A model generated the notes under the pieces. It worked only from the letters and a program-made list of their open reading frames with translations, did no database searches and was not told the DNA's origin. From contig PCXQ01000003.1 in the NCBI GenBank assembly GCA_002794035.1, positions 19,451-83,450 of the forward strand: DNA of 64,000 bases, read 5' to 3'. Numbering within the stretch: position 1 is the first letter of the stretch; each line of letters starts with the position of its first letter. The translations under genes and the position numbers were made by a program. This document shows positions 29,433 through 38,248 of the stretch, piece by piece. Origin of the DNA: Candidatus Yanofskybacteria bacterium CG10_big_fil_rev_8_21_14_0_10_36_16. GTDB lineage: Bacteria; Patescibacteriota; Minisyncoccia; 2-02-FULL-40-12; IGHO2-01-FULL-4-A.

Positions 29433-29544
29433 CTTTTCTAGAAATTCCAAGCTCCAAGAATCAGGTTACAAACAATATAATAATTCCAATGTTGAAAATT
29501 CAAAACATTGACTACTTTTTTACAAATTGAATTTAAGCATTGGA

Positions 29545-29579
29545 ATTTGTTTGTGATTTGTGATTTGTGATTTGTGATC
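29545..29579 (+). repeat. tandem heptamer repeat (TGTGATT)x~4.5
   Basis: tttgtgatttgtgatttgtgatttgtgatc read directly; overlaps GTG start of downstream ORF. Confidence 0.85.
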
Positions 29580-30902
29580 GCAACTTTGTTAGAAGTTGTT
29601 ATTGGTCCACTAAAAACTGCATTTTTTTATATTAAAGATTACTGGTGGACAGTAACTCCGTTTTTATTTGGCTTTGGATCTTATTGGGCTTGGTTAAATT
29701 ATAAAAAACAGGAGTATATATTATCGCTAGAGTGGGTTTTGCTTGAGATTAAGCCCCCTGCAGATGTAGAAAAAAGTCCCAAAATGGCAGAAAGCATCTT
29801 CGCCGGACTTCATTCTGCATATATAAGTTCTACAACTTGGAAAGGTAAGTTTTTTAGAGGCGAGGTTCAAAACTGGTTTTCTTTTGAGATAGCTGGGAAT
29901 GGCGGTGAGATGAAGTTTTATGTAAAAACTCTTAAAGATTTTCACGGTTTAGTTGAGAATCAAATATTTGCTCAATATCCCGAAGCTGAAATAGTAGAGG
30001 TTTCTGATTATGCAGAGACATTGCCTATGTATTTGCCAGATGATGATTATGATTTATTTGGTATGGAGCTTCTTTTTGCGAAACCTAATCCAATACCCAT
30101 AAAAACATACCCGGATTTTGAAGAAATGTCAGGAGGTAAGGAGTCGGAAAGCAAACGAACAGATCCCCTTGCATCTTTGGCTGAACAAATAAGTACTTTA
30201 GAACCTAATGAGCATATTTGGGTGCAGTACTTAATAAGAGGAACAGGAGGTGGTTGGATTGGTGAAGGTAAGCAGGAGGCTGATAAGTTATTAGGAAAAG
30301 AAGTTAAAGCTCAGCCTGATTTTGTTACAAAATTAGCTAATGTGGTATTAGATTTCATGATTGCCGTGGTAGATTTTATTACTGGCACTGAAGGAGGACG
30401 TCAAGAAAGAGAGGAAGGCGACAACAAAAAAGAAAAAACCCCAATGATGTTAACTGGAGGAGAAAGAGCAATACTTGAAGCTATAGATAAAAAAACCGCA
30501 AAACTTGGTTTTAAGTCTAGTGTTAGATTTGTTTATATTGGACCAAAGGACAATTTTCATCGCTCTCATATTTCTGGTACCGTGGGATATTTTAAACAGT
30601 TTTATTCTTCTAATTTAAATAGTTTTAGACCAAATTCAAAAACCATGACATATTCAAGTGGATGGATGCCTTGGTTGTTTCCTTCCGATAAAGGCTGGAG
30701 AGCAGACTCTATAACTTATTGGCGTAAAAGAAGATTTTATCAGGATATGCAAAAAAGGACTTTTCCTCCTCAATGGATTATACTTAATACTGAGGAGCTT
30801 GCGACATTGTGGCACTTGCCGGGCAAGGGTGTTAAAGCGCCTATGTTCCCAAGAGTTGAAGCAAAGAAATCACAGCCGCCAGCAGGTTTGCCCATTAAAT
30901 AA
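29574..30902 (+). CDS. hypothetical membrane-anchored protein (N-terminal TM helices + ~380-aa soluble domain), upstream partner of T4CP-like ATPase
   Basis: GTG start; hydrophobic TVTPFLFGFGSYWAWL; 17-bp gap to next gene. Confidence 0.55.
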   Translation: MIATLLEVVIGPLKTAFFYIKDYWWTVTPFLFGFGSYWAWLNYKKQEYILSLEWVLLEIKPPADVEKSPKMAESIFAGLHSAYISSTTWKGKFFRGEVQNWFSFEIAGNGGEMKFYVKTLKDFHGLVENQIFAQYPEAEIVEVSDYAETLPMYLPDDDYDLFGMELLFAKPNPIPIKTYPDFEEMSGGKESESKRTDPLASLAEQISTLEPNEHIWVQYLIRGTGGGWIGEGKQEADKLLGKEVKAQPDFVTKLANVVLDFMIAVVDFITGTEGGRQEREEGDNKKEKTPMMLTGGERAILEAIDKKTAKLGFKSSVRFVYIGPKDNFHRSHISGTVGYFKQFYSSNLNSFRPNSKTMTYSSGWMPWLFPSDKGWRADSITYWRKRRFYQDMQKRTFPPQWIILNTEELATLWHLPGKGVKAPMFPRVEAKKSQPPAGLPIK

Positions 30903-30919
30903 TTTTAAAATAATCCTAA

Positions 30920-32536
30920 ATGAACAATCCCAATCCAATCGTAGAATTTGCAGAATCAAATTTCCGTAATAGGAAGCTTCGTTTTGGTATAAAACAGGAT
31001 GACAGGCGAAGACATATGTATGTAATAGGAAAGACGGGAATGGGGAAAACTGAGCTTCTCAAAAATATTGCTATTCAGGATATCCAAGATGGCAGAGGTT
31101 TGGCTTTTGTTGATCCTCATGGAGATCCAGTTGAAGAATTACTAGATTATATTCCCAAAGAACGCATAAAAGATGTTGTTTATATCAATCCTTTTGATTT
31201 AGATTACCCCATTGCTTTTAATGTTATGGAAAGGGTTAAGTTTGAAGACAGGCATTTGGTGGCTGATGGTCTTTTGAGTGTGTTTAAAAAGATTTGGGTA
31301 GACGCATGGTCTGCAAGAATGGAATATATTTTGAGTAATACCATACTCGCCTTGCTTGAATCTCCTGATTCAACACTCCTTGGTATTAATCGTATGATGG
31401 CTGATAAGGAATACAGAAAACAAGTTATTGAAAATGTTACAGATCCAGTAGTGAGAGCATTCTGGACTCAAGAATTTGCCAAATACACAGATCGTTTAGC
31501 ATCTGAAGCAACAGCTGCTATTCAGAATAAGGTGGGTCAATTCGTATCATCTCCTATTATAAGAAATATGGTAGGGCAGGCACACAGCAATCTTGATATG
31601 AGAAAAATGATGGATGAGAGAAAAATAATTCTAGTTAATATTTCAAAGGGCAGAATAGGCGAGGATGCTTCACGATTGCTTGGTGCTTTAATTATTACCA
31701 AGCTTCAATTGGCTGCTATGTCCAGAGTTGATATTCCAGAACCCGAGAGACAGGACTTTACTCTTGTTGTTGATGAGTTTCAGAACTTTGCCACAGCTTC
31801 TTTCGCTAATATTTTGTCTGAAGCTAGAAAATATCATCTTAATTTAATAATCGCACATCAATATGTTGCTCAAATGGAAGAAAGCGTGAGAGACGCTGTT
31901 TTTGGAAATGTTGGTACTATTATTACCTTTAGGGTGGGAGCAGAGGATGCTGAACTTCTTGAAAAAGAATTGTTCCCAGAGTTTGTGGCTAACGATGTTG
32001 TAAATTTAGCAAAATATAATATTTATTTGAAGTTAATGATAGACGGAGTTGCTTCACGTGCATTTTCAGCAACAACCATTCCCCCGTTGCCTAAACAAGA
32101 AACTAACTTTAGAGAAGAAATTATTTCAAATTCAAGAGAACAATTCGGAACACCGGAGGAAGAAATTAGGAAAAAAATTGCGGAATGGTATGGTCCCCTG
32201 CCTCAAACTGAATCAGGAGGCGGATCGCAACAAAGATTTGAACGAAGACCAGATAAAAACAGGACTTCATTTAATGATGGCGGAGGAAGACAAAGGAATT
32301 ATGACCAACCTCAAAAAACATTTAAACCACAATCTGATAATTTCCAACAAAAAAGTCACGGTCAAGGAGAGTCGAATACAAATTCTAGGGGGGTATCTTT
32401 GGATAGTGCCTTTGGGAAGGGTGCCGTGGACTTTCGAGGTAGAAAAATAGACCTATCAAAAGAAAAACAAAAAAAGAAAGTCAAAGTTGATATAAAGGGT
32501 CTTAGGGATGTTTTAAAACAAACTATGGGGGAATAG
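30920..32536 (+). CDS. TraG/TraD/VirD4-family (type IV coupling-protein-like, FtsK-HerA superfamily) P-loop ATPase lacking TM anchor; Gly/Gln/Arg-rich disordered C-terminal tail
   Basis: Walker A MYVIGKTGMGKTE, FVDPHGD, Walker B LVVDEFQNF, IIAHQYVAQMEE..VFGNVGTIITFRVG..DAELLEKEL resembles T4CP C-terminal signature. Confidence 0.65.
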   Translation: MNNPNPIVEFAESNFRNRKLRFGIKQDDRRRHMYVIGKTGMGKTELLKNIAIQDIQDGRGLAFVDPHGDPVEELLDYIPKERIKDVVYINPFDLDYPIAFNVMERVKFEDRHLVADGLLSVFKKIWVDAWSARMEYILSNTILALLESPDSTLLGINRMMADKEYRKQVIENVTDPVVRAFWTQEFAKYTDRLASEATAAIQNKVGQFVSSPIIRNMVGQAHSNLDMRKMMDERKIILVNISKGRIGEDASRLLGALIITKLQLAAMSRVDIPEPERQDFTLVVDEFQNFATASFANILSEARKYHLNLIIAHQYVAQMEESVRDAVFGNVGTIITFRVGAEDAELLEKELFPEFVANDVVNLAKYNIYLKLMIDGVASRAFSATTIPPLPKQETNFREEIISNSREQFGTPEEEIRKKIAEWYGPLPQTESGGGSQQRFERRPDKNRTSFNDGGGRQRNYDQPQKTFKPQSDNFQQKSHGQGESNTNSRGVSLDSAFGKGAVDFRGRKIDLSKEKQKKKVKVDIKGLRDVLKQTMGE

Positions 32537-32568
32537 TTATTGAAAATAATTTAAGTTGTGTTATAATA

Positions 32569-32593
32569 AAAATCGAGTTAAGCCTCGATTTTT
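32569..32593 (+). terminator. intrinsic terminator (aaatcgag-ttaag-cctcgattttt)
   Basis: stem + T-run. Confidence 0.7.
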
Positions 32594-32603
32594 AATTAAT
32601 AAT

Positions 32604-32666
32604 ATCCGCCCTTAGCCCCGACGACGGAGTGTCGGGGTCCCGACCAAAGCGTCGGGACTCAGCTGG
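32604..32666 (+). repeat. partial duplicate of tRNA-Lys 5' part (atccgcccttagc ... tcagctgg) interrupted by 42-nt GC-rich twin hairpin
   Basis: 13-nt and 8-nt matches to tRNA-Lys positions 1-19 at 32721-32749; insert ccccgac..gtcgggg / tcccgac..gtcggga. Confidence 0.7.
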
Positions 32667-32721
32667 GACATTTTTAAAATTAATCAATAAATTTTTAAAT
32701 TAGTTGATATAGAAAGCATAT

Positions 32722-32794
32722 CCGCCCTTAGCTCAGCTGGTAGAGCAACGGACTTTTAATCCGCGGGTCGTAGGTTCGAATCCTACAGGGCGGA
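32722..32794 (+). tRNA. tRNA-Lys (anticodon TTT)
   Basis: CCGCCCTTAGCTCAGCTGGTAGAGCAACGGACTTTTAATCCGCGGGTCGTAGGTTCGAATCCTACAGGGCGGA; loop CUUUUAA. Confidence 0.85.
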
Positions 32795-32802
32795 CACGAT
32801 TA

Positions 32803-32836
32803 AAATAACCCTGATTTTTTCAGGATTATTTTAATT
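32803..32836 (+). terminator. intrinsic terminator after tRNA-Lys (aaccctga-ttttt-tcaggatt + T-run)
   Basis: 8-bp stem 1 mismatch + T-run. Confidence 0.6.
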
Positions 32837-32940
32837 ACGCTCTTTGGGATTATACTTCTCGCTTCTGGAGGGGAACGCCTTGTGTTTTAACTACTATTAG
32901 TGTAAAAGATAATAGGATACATTAACAACGAGGAGCAACA

Positions 32941-33576
32941 ATGGGATTTATTTCTTGGCTTAAGAATGTGAGTAGGGGTAGAGTTTCTAATGAAATTTCT
33001 GATACTACCACAAAAGCGGAAGGAATAGTTTCGCCAGAGGGTATGGGTGTTTTAGCGTCAGTTGGTGGTAATAAATTAGAAAGACCGAACTTTTTTAAAA
33101 ATAATACTGTAACATTTAAAGAAACTTCCAATAAGTCGGTTACTTTTAGTGAATGTGGTCACCAGTGTTCATTGGGATTTGAGGTTAGTATATGGGGGAA
33201 TATTCATGGTTTTAAATTTAAAGACGAAAGAATTAAAAAGATGAACGGAATTGAAACAGCAGAGAGTATATGTCCAAAGTGTTATTTTGAAAAACTTAAA
33301 CAAGCTGCTATTCGCTGCTGCTTATGTGGATATGGTATTTTGCCAGGCGACGGGGTTGCTCTTTATCACAAAAGTAGTAAAGGAGTAAACAAGGGTGTGT
33401 CAACTTTTGTTGACGATAGTGCGGTTGGCTGCCTTTTGTGGGACTGTTGTCCTTCAGGCGGTTTTTATGCAGGATATTGGACATTTGAGGGATTTAAATC
33501 AGCTTTCGGGGATAATTCAACTGGAGCAGAAAAAGCATTTACTACTGGTCAAATAGTATCAGGAAATATTAAGTAA
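32941..33576 (+). CDS. hypothetical cysteine-rich protein (211 aa)
   Basis: SD aacgaggagcaacaATG; 12 Cys incl. CPKC, CCLCG, CC..; terminator follows. Confidence 0.6.
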   Translation: MGFISWLKNVSRGRVSNEISDTTTKAEGIVSPEGMGVLASVGGNKLERPNFFKNNTVTFKETSNKSVTFSECGHQCSLGFEVSIWGNIHGFKFKDERIKKMNGIETAESICPKCYFEKLKQAAIRCCLCGYGILPGDGVALYHKSSKGVNKGVSTFVDDSAVGCLLWDCCPSGGFYAGYWTFEGFKSAFGDNSTGAEKAFTTGQIVSGNIK

Positions 33577-33607
33577 GGCACCGACTAATTAGTCGGTTTT
33601 TATTTGG
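33575..33607 (+). terminator. intrinsic terminator (caccgact-aatt-agtcggtttttatttgg)
   Basis: stem + T-run. Confidence 0.7.
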
Positions 33608-33639
33608 TAGAAAAATTAAATGAAAAACCAATAAAAACA

Positions 33640-33782
33640 CTCTGCCACCGTAAACTTATCCGCTCCAAGGTGTTTCCTTCAACAAGTTTAGGATAAACCA
33701 GCCAAGGGTGACTTGTCCTTAGCGCAGTCGAAGGAGTGGGCGGACCAGTAATAAAAAAAGACCCTCTAGGGGTCTTTTTTTA
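33640..33782 (+). ncRNA. candidate ~140-nt structured small RNA with own bidirectional terminator (agaccctctaggggtct flanked by A7/T7)
   Basis: Nested long-range helices (ccgc/gcgg, ttccttc/gaaggag, acaagt/acttgt) with GC-rich core between two terminators; no ORF. Confidence 0.3.
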
Positions 33783-33911
33783 TTATAGTGCTTCGTACTG
33801 AATCGAACCTATTTGTCTTTGGTACCTCCGTTATTTTATACCTTGCGATTTATTATTAATTGTGTTATTGTGATAATAGCTGTTTTTACTTTTAAATAAG
33901 GAGAGATAATT

Positions 33912-34289
33912 ATGAGTAATGAAAATTATGATCCGTGTGGCTGTGATGAGTGCGGATGCGGCGGTTTTATGACAGAAAGAGTTGGTAATACAAGTTTAGA
34001 TTTTAATCTTGCCGATATTTATCATGCCATGTCTGAAATTACAACACTGCTTAATGAAGACAATTTTTATTCTCGTCCAAAAACCTCTAGAGAAATTTCT
34101 AAATTAACAGATGATTTAAGAAAAGCAATCAATGTAATCCATGTCTCAAATGAAGATTTAAAAAATTTCATAAAATTTCTTTCATTAGTTTGCGAATTTT
34201 TGAATCACGAGAGTTGCTCTAAAGATGTTTACTCAAAATTTTCCCTTCAATGTGAAAAAAGAGAAAGGGAATTAAGAAGGGCCTCCTAA
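33912..34289 (+). CDS. hypothetical small protein with N-terminal Cys cluster (CGCDECGCGG)
   Basis: SD aaggagagataattATG; 125 aa; terminator 34278-34308. Confidence 0.6.
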   Translation: MSNENYDPCGCDECGCGGFMTERVGNTSLDFNLADIYHAMSEITTLLNEDNFYSRPKTSREISKLTDDLRKAINVIHVSNEDLKNFIKFLSLVCEFLNHESCSKDVYSKFSLQCEKRERELRRAS

Positions 34290-34308
34290 TTAAGGAGGCC
34301 TTATCTTT
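34278..34308 (+). terminator. intrinsic terminator (aggcctcc-taattaa-ggaggcct + T-rich)
   Basis: 8-bp stem. Confidence 0.65.
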
Positions 34309-34370
34309 ACAAATTTTAAATTGTTTGTTAGTTTATTTATGGTTGTTTAACTAAGAATGGAGGTGTGGTT

Positions 34371-34490
34371 GTGCTAAAAATTTTGGGTCTTTTGTCCGTG
34401 ATTCTTCTTGTTCTATCCTCTAGAGTAAGAAATGTAGTTTTGGGTTATTTTAATTTAAATAATTATCTTCCAGATAAAGATGAAGATTGA
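34371..34490 (+). CDS. possible 39-aa hydrophobic micro-protein
   Basis: Strong SD aatggaggtgtggttGTG; MLKILGLLSVILLVLSS...; weak support otherwise. Confidence 0.25.
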   Translation: MLKILGLLSVILLVLSSRVRNVVLGYFNLNNYLPDKDED

Positions 34491-34563
34491 TTTAAATTAT
34501 GCCGGTTAGTATAATCGGCTTTTTGATTGAAAAAAAACAGGGAATTTGTTAAATTTGATATAT

Positions 34564-35160
34564 ATGAAATATAAATTTGTTGTTTCTGGCGCTGCCGTAA
34601 CTGATCATTGTGCGGAAGACGCCCACATAAGAGCTGAGCAATTGGGTAAAGAAATTGTTGAACATAACGGTATTGTAATTACTGGTGCTACAACAGGATT
34701 GCCTTATTGGTCAGCGAAAGGCGCAAAAAAAGCGGGAGGAGTTTCGGTTGGAATATCACCTGCCGCAAGTTTGTTTTCACATGTTAAGGCATACCACTTG
34801 CCAATTGACTTTTTTGATTTTATAATATACACTGGTTTTAATTATTCAGGAAGAAATCTTTTGCTTACACGTTCAGCAGATGCTGTAATTATTGTTTGTG
34901 GCAGAATAGGAACTCTTAATGAATTTACTATCGCTTTTGAAGACGATAAGCCAATAGGTATTCTGACTGATACTGGCGGAATGGCTGATGAAATTGAAGA
35001 GATAGTTAAAAAAGCTCACCGTGGCATGGGTAGGATTGTTTATAATTCAGACCCGAAAGAACTTGTTAAGGGTTTGATTAAGATAATAGACAAGGACTAT
35101 ACAGCACTAGAATCAGAGGGATTATTGCCTAGTGATTTTCACGAAAAACATCAAGAATAA
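34564..35160 (+). CDS. LOG/TIGR00725-family Rossmann-fold nucleotide-binding protein
   Basis: FVVSGAAVTD...IVITGATTGLP...AKGAKKAGGVSVGISPA, CGRIGTLNEF motifs. Confidence 0.65.
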   Translation: MKYKFVVSGAAVTDHCAEDAHIRAEQLGKEIVEHNGIVITGATTGLPYWSAKGAKKAGGVSVGISPAASLFSHVKAYHLPIDFFDFIIYTGFNYSGRNLLLTRSADAVIIVCGRIGTLNEFTIAFEDDKPIGILTDTGGMADEIEEIVKKAHRGMGRIVYNSDPKELVKGLIKIIDKDYTALESEGLLPSDFHEKHQE

Positions 35161-35242
35161 GTTTTTCTAAAAATTAAAATATTTAAACATTTCAACATTA
35201 ATGCATCCAAATTAATAAGGATGCATGATTTGTAAATAAGTA

Positions 35243-37567
35243 ATGTCTATACAAAAAAATAAAATCCACGATTTGCCTTTGATTGCGTTGAAAAACGTAA
35301 TTCTTTTTCCGCGCATTGCCATGCCTCTTTTAGTTCAAAGGCCTAAATCAATCAGGGCTTTAGAGTATGCCATGTCCAAAGACAAGTTGGTAGTTTTTGT
35401 TGGTCAAAAAGATCCAAGGGATGATGTTAATGAAGGTAATTTATTTGACGTTGGTACAGTAGGTAAGATTTTTGAAATTCACAAGATGCCTGATGGAACA
35501 TCTCGTGTTGATGTTGAAGGTATTGCGAGAGTAAAAATTAAAAACTATAGTTCTACAGATCCATTTTTTAGCGCCAAGGTTGAAGATTATAAAATATCTC
35601 TTACAAAAAATGTTGAAACACAAGCCTTGATGCGAACAGTGGCAGATCAGTTAAGGAAGATTCTTGGTTCAAAAACTGTATCGGGGCCTATCTCTGATGT
35701 TATGGTAGCTTTGAGTCAGGTTAAAGATCCTGAGCAATTGGTTTATCTTGCAGCCATGCACTTGAGTCTTGAAATTAAAGACCAGCAAGAAATTCTTGAA
35801 GCTGTTGATGTTATGGATGCTTTAAAGAAGGTTAATTTTTATTTAAATCGTGAAATAGAAATTTTAAGTACAGAGCAAAAGGTGGCTCGTGAAACCAAGA
35901 GACAACTTGGAAAAATGCAAAAGGAAGTATTTTTGCGAGAACAGCTTAAAAGCATTGAAAAAGAGCTGGGTCTTGATGGTGAAAAAGGTGAGTTTGAAGT
36001 TTTAAGGCAGAAGATTAGCGATGCAGGGATGCCGAAAGATATAAGAGATAAGGCAGAAAAAGAACTTGGTCGTCTTGAAAAAATGCCTCCGTTTAGTCCG
36101 GAAGTTTCTTATTTAAGAACTTATCTTGATTGGCTGGTTGATTTGCCTTGGTCAAAAAAATCAAAAGGCAAAATTGACATGAAAGAAGCTGATAAAATAT
36201 TAAATAACGATCACTATGGTCTTAAAAAAGCAAAAGAAAGAATCTTAGAATATCTTGCTGTTCAAAAACAGGTAGGGAAAATAAAGGGGCCAATTCTTTG
36301 TTTTGTTGGTCCTCCTGGCGTAGGTAAGACATCTATTGGTAAATCAATCGCCAAGGCTCTTGATAGGGAGTTTGTAAGAGTGTCACTGGGTGGTTTGCGA
36401 GATGAGGCGGAAATAAGAGGCCACAGAAGAACTTATGTGGGGGCTTTGCCTGGAAGAATAATTCAGGGAATAAATAATGCCAAAACTCGCAATCCTGTGT
36501 TTATGTTGGATGAAATAGATAAGGTGGGTACAGATTTCAGGGGTGATCCTTCTTCAGCACTTCTTGAAGCATTGGACCCAGAACAAAATCATTCTTTCTC
36601 AGATCATTATCTTGAAGTACCTTTTGATTTGTCTGATGTTTTGTTTATTACGACAGCCAACATGTTGGATACGATTCCGCCAGCGCTTCGCGACCGTCTT
36701 GAGATAATAGAATTTCCTGGTTATACAGAGGATGAAAAATTACATATTGCTAAACAGTTTTTGGTTAAAAAAGTATTGGAAGAACATGGAATAAAAATTA
36801 ACAACATGTCGTTTACTGACGGAGCTTTAAAAGACATTATAAGAAAACACACACGAGAAGCAGGAGTTAGAAACCTTGAAAGACAAGTAGCTAAAGTTAT
36901 AAGAAAAATTACACGAAAAATGATTGAGAATAAAATTAAGGGAAAGGTGAAAGTTGATTCAAAATCAATACATTCTTATTTGGGAGCAGAAAGGTATACA
37001 CATCTTGAGGCTGAAAAAAAAGATGAAGTAGGTATTGCTACGGGTCTTGCTTGGACACCTGCCGGTGGTGAAATATTATTTATAGAATCATCTAAAATGC
37101 CCGGCAAGGGTAAGCTTACCCTAACTGGCCATCTTGGGAATGTTATGAAAGAATCCGTGCAAACAGCATTAAGTTACGCTAGAAACAAGTCATCAAAAAT
37201 GGGTTCAGATGATGATTTTTATAAAGAAGATATTCATGTTCATGTCCCTTCCGGTGCTATACCAAAAGATGGTCCTTCTGCTGGTGTTGCTATTGCTGTT
37301 TCTCTAATTTCTTTATTGACTGGTAAAAAAGTTTTTAAAGATGTTGGCATGACGGGTGAGATAACTTTGCGAGGCAAGGTGCTTGAAATTGGAGGTTTAA
37401 AAGAAAAGATACTTGCAGCTCATAGAGCAGGTTTGAAAAAGGTTATAGTGCCTGCTGGCAACAAGAAAGACCTTATTGAAGATGTTCCTTCTGAAATTAA
37501 AAAAGCTTTGGATTTTAAGATGGTGAAAGATATGAATGAGGTTATAAAAATAGCAATTCAAAAGTAA
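35243..37567 (+). CDS. lon: ATP-dependent Lon protease
   Basis: N-domain, AAA+ GPPGVGKTS, proteolytic DGPSAGVAI Ser site and K; 774 aa. Confidence 0.9.
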   Translation: MSIQKNKIHDLPLIALKNVILFPRIAMPLLVQRPKSIRALEYAMSKDKLVVFVGQKDPRDDVNEGNLFDVGTVGKIFEIHKMPDGTSRVDVEGIARVKIKNYSSTDPFFSAKVEDYKISLTKNVETQALMRTVADQLRKILGSKTVSGPISDVMVALSQVKDPEQLVYLAAMHLSLEIKDQQEILEAVDVMDALKKVNFYLNREIEILSTEQKVARETKRQLGKMQKEVFLREQLKSIEKELGLDGEKGEFEVLRQKISDAGMPKDIRDKAEKELGRLEKMPPFSPEVSYLRTYLDWLVDLPWSKKSKGKIDMKEADKILNNDHYGLKKAKERILEYLAVQKQVGKIKGPILCFVGPPGVGKTSIGKSIAKALDREFVRVSLGGLRDEAEIRGHRRTYVGALPGRIIQGINNAKTRNPVFMLDEIDKVGTDFRGDPSSALLEALDPEQNHSFSDHYLEVPFDLSDVLFITTANMLDTIPPALRDRLEIIEFPGYTEDEKLHIAKQFLVKKVLEEHGIKINNMSFTDGALKDIIRKHTREAGVRNLERQVAKVIRKITRKMIENKIKGKVKVDSKSIHSYLGAERYTHLEAEKKDEVGIATGLAWTPAGGEILFIESSKMPGKGKLTLTGHLGNVMKESVQTALSYARNKSSKMGSDDDFYKEDIHVHVPSGAIPKDGPSAGVAIAVSLISLLTGKKVFKDVGMTGEITLRGKVLEIGGLKEKILAAHRAGLKKVIVPAGNKKDLIEDVPSEIKKALDFKMVKDMNEVIKIAIQK

Positions 37568-37590
37568 TCTTATTTAACATCAGATGTTAC

Positions 37591-37629
37591 AAAATAAGAC
37601 CCGTTCAAGCGGGTCTTATTTTAATTTTT
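37591..37629 (+). terminator. intrinsic terminator (aataagacccg-ttcaa-gcgggtcttatt + T-run)
   Basis: 11-bp stem. Confidence 0.75.
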
Positions 37630-37759
37630 GCTTTTTGTTTTTACCTCTTTTATTAAACTGATTAAATGGGGTAAAATATAAGAAATACTTATTATCTGGC
37701 AATTGGCATAAAATTTACCAATACGTAAGTTCAAAAGCCAAGTACTAGATGTTAATTTT

Positions 37760-38227
37760 ATGTTGCATGAGTCTCAATTAATAATTCGTCTTTTTGTTGC
37801 TGCTTTGCTTGGAGCAGCGATAGGCTTTGAGCGCGAAAAATCAAACAAGGTAGCGGGACTGAGAACTCATTCTTTGGTTGCAATAGGGGCAGCCTTAATC
37901 TCTATACTTTCGGTATACGGGTTTGAAGATTTGACGGTGGATTCAAGTTACGACCCTTCCCGCTTGATTTCTAACATAATAGTGGGAATTGGTTTTATAG
38001 GAGGTGGTGCAATATTGAAATATGGCGGAAAGGTTGTTGGTATTACTACTGCTGCAACTCTTTGGGTGGTGGCGGCGGTAGGTATTGCTGTAGGTCTTGG
38101 AATGTATCTGGCAGCAGTTTCTGCGAGTGTTATTGTGTATATTATTCTTACAGTCTTGTGGCGTATAGAACATTTTTTTATTGGACACAAAAAATCTGAT
38201 TCAGAAACAATAGATATAACTGGATAA
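37760..38227 (+). CDS. mgtC: MgtC/SapB family membrane protein
   Basis: IIRLFVAALLGAAIGFEREKSNKVAGLRTHSLVAIGAAL typical MgtC N-terminus. Confidence 0.85.
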   Translation: MLHESQLIIRLFVAALLGAAIGFEREKSNKVAGLRTHSLVAIGAALISILSVYGFEDLTVDSSYDPSRLISNIIVGIGFIGGGAILKYGGKVVGITTAATLWVVAAVGIAVGLGMYLAAVSASVIVYIILTVLWRIEHFFIGHKKSDSETIDITG

Positions 38228-38248
38228 TAATAACAACAATCTGTTTAT

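Noticed and set aside
32049-32450. 133-aa ORF overlapping the 3' part of the T4CP-like ATPase gene in another frame
   Set aside because: It is embedded in the low-complexity, GA-rich region of a longer confident gene; spurious.
33640-33745. Identification of the candidate sRNA as SRP (4.5S) RNA
   Set aside because: It shares CAGCCAAGG with SRP helix 8 but lacks the invariant GGAAGG/GNRA tetraloop core. Left as an unknown candidate.
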